Shown here: one piece after another, positions 62,525 through 64,000 of the stretch
Numbering within the stretch: position 1 is the first letter of the stretch
Layout of the letters: every line of letters begins with the position of its first letter
Assembly: GCA_964016885.1 (NCBI GenBank)
Contig: CAXHJY010001188.1
Location: forward strand, 1 to 64,000
Length of the DNA: 64,000 nt
Reading direction: 5' to 3'
Origin: Eledone cirrhosa
Lineage: Eukaryota
Program-made: the position numbers and the translations under genes
The notes under the pieces: generated by a model
Told to the model about the DNA's origin: nothing
What the model saw: only the letters and a program-made list of their open reading frames with translations
Databases searched by the model: none

Positions 62525-64000
62525 AAGGTGGCTAATTGGCAGAGTTGTTAACACGTTTGATAGAATGTTTTGCTGTGTTCGTTTCAACTTTCTGCCGAGG
62601 TCAACTTTTCCTTTCATCCTTTCGAGTTTGGAAAATAAATATCTAGTCAAAAACCGGGGTCGATTTTTCCTCCGAGATCAGCTTTGCCTTTTATTTCCTT
62701 CGAGGTTGGAAAATAAAGCACTAGTTCAGTATAGGGGTGGTTTTTTTTCCTCCGATGGGAACTTTACCTTTCATCATATCGAGGATGAAATATAAAGAAC
62801 CCGACCCAAACAACGGTCGATTCTTCCTCAGCGGTCAAATTTGCCTTTCATCCTTTCAGGTTTGAAAAATAAAGAACCAGTCCAAACCTGGGGTCGATTT
62901 TTCCGCCATGGTCAACTTTCTGGGTGCGATTGCGAACGCCGCCGCAAAACCGGCCGGTCGAAACGGGCCGGCCCGCAGCGACGCCGCCGCAACGGAGAGA
63001 CGCAGAATGCTCTCGCCTCTACTGCGCCTACCGTGTGCCCTTACCAGGGTCTTCTTTCCCCGCCGATCCGTCCATGCCCGTTCCCTTGGCTGAGGTTTCG
63101 CTAGACAGTAGATGCGGACAGTTGGAATCTCGTTGATCCGCTCATGCGCGTCACTAATTAGATGACAAGGCATTTGGCAACTTAACTGACATTCCATGGC
63201 GAGTTGCCTTTTCCTTTGTTTTTGTATGTGGGCGGTCCCACGAGCCACGCCGATAGCAGACGCGCATATCGACGTACCCACTGTCCCTCCGGTGTAAAAA
63301 AAAAAAAAGTCTTATCTATAAACTAAATGCCCGAGCTCAGTTTCCTTCCTTTATAGTAGCAGACGAGACGGTGGGTTAAATCTTTGCCAACTGGCAACCT
63401 TCGAGGCTGGAAAATAAAGTACCAGTACAATACTGGGTTCGTTTCTTCCTCCGAGTTCAACTTTACCTTTTATCCTTTGAGGTTTGGAAAATAAAGAACC
63501 AGTCCAAAACTGGAGTCAATTTTTCCTCCGTGGTCAACTTTGCCTTTCATCATTCGAGGTTGAAAAATAAAGCACCAGTCCAGTACTTGTGTCGTTTCTT
63601 TCTTCGAAATCAACTTTGCCTTTCATGCTTTCGAGGTTGAAAAGTAAAGCACCAGTCCAGTACTTGTGTCGTTTCTTTCTTCGAAATCAACTTTGCCTTT
63701 CATGCTTTCGAGGTTGAAAGATAAAGCACCAGTCCAGTACTTGTGTCGTTTCTTTCTTCGAAATCAACTGCCTTTCATGCTTTCGAGGTTGAAAAATAAA
63801 GCACCAGTCCAGTACTTGTGTCGTTTCTTTCTTCGAAATCAACTTTGCCTTTCATGCTTTCGAGGTTGAAAAGTAAAGCACCAGTCCAGTACTTGTGTCG
63901 TTTCTTTCTTCGAAATCAACTTTGCCTTTCATGCTTTCGAGGTTGAAAAATAAAGCACCAGTCCAGTACTTGTGTCGTTTCTTTCTTCGAAATCAACTTT
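62525..64000 (+). repeat. SINE-core-derived 77-bp satellite: diverged units 62580-62920 and 63400-63535, homogeneous units from about 63535 to the window end
   Basis: caactttgcctttcatgctttcgaggttgaaaaataaagcaccagtccagtacttgtgtcg at 63611, 63688, 63765, 63840 and 63917. Matches the SINE core. A SINE head remnant lies at 62525-62600. Confidence 0.88.
63045..63185 (-). pseudogene. 28S rRNA fragment (conserved core from the TTAAG..GCCAAATG region to GAAGACCCTG), with probable deleted extensions 62925-63044 and 63186-63225
   Basis: Minus strand ttaagttgccaaatgccttgtcatctaattagtgacgcgcatga..aacgagattcc..ctagcgaaacc..gccaagggaacggg..gcggggaaagaagaccctg matches the universal eukaryotic LSU core. Confidence 0.9.

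Noticed and set aside
63040-63190. 28S block as a spliceosomal exon (cag|TTAAG ... CCCTG|gtaagg) or as an R2 3' junction
   Set aside because: There is no pyrimidine tract, and both flanks appear to contain further deleted 28S remnants, so internal deletions explain the boundaries more simply.

Overview
This is eukaryotic (animal) repeat-dominated intergenic or intronic DNA. I infer a cephalopod (Octopus-like) from the tRNA-derived SINE families and the extreme (TA)n/(CA)n/(GA)n load. By eye, roughly half the window is simple or compound microsatellite and minisatellite, and nearly all long ORFs in the track are artefacts of these. I found no intact protein-coding gene. Supported content: (1) decayed non-LTR retrotransposon fragments (RTE RT domain, Rex3/Expander-like, CRE-like, Tx1/L1-like 3' ends); (2) two tRNA-SINE families, including a near-identical 9 x 182-bp head-to-tail SINE array and a 77-bp satellite derived from the SINE core; (3) short non-autonomous RTE-derived elements and several MITEs; (4) a deleted 28S rRNA relic; (5) a few candidate spliced exons and a promoter. 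The most notable pattern is six or more unrelated short elements with minimal type-I hammerhead-ribozyme cores (CUGAUGA-helix II-GAAA-palindromic helix III-UH) of the Penelope-like/retrozyme kind. They sit in or beside (TA)n tracts, most form fold-back inverted pairs, and three families share a TATTGAGTAC motif about 45-60 nt downstream of the core. All calls come from reading by eye; no searches or folding programs were run.
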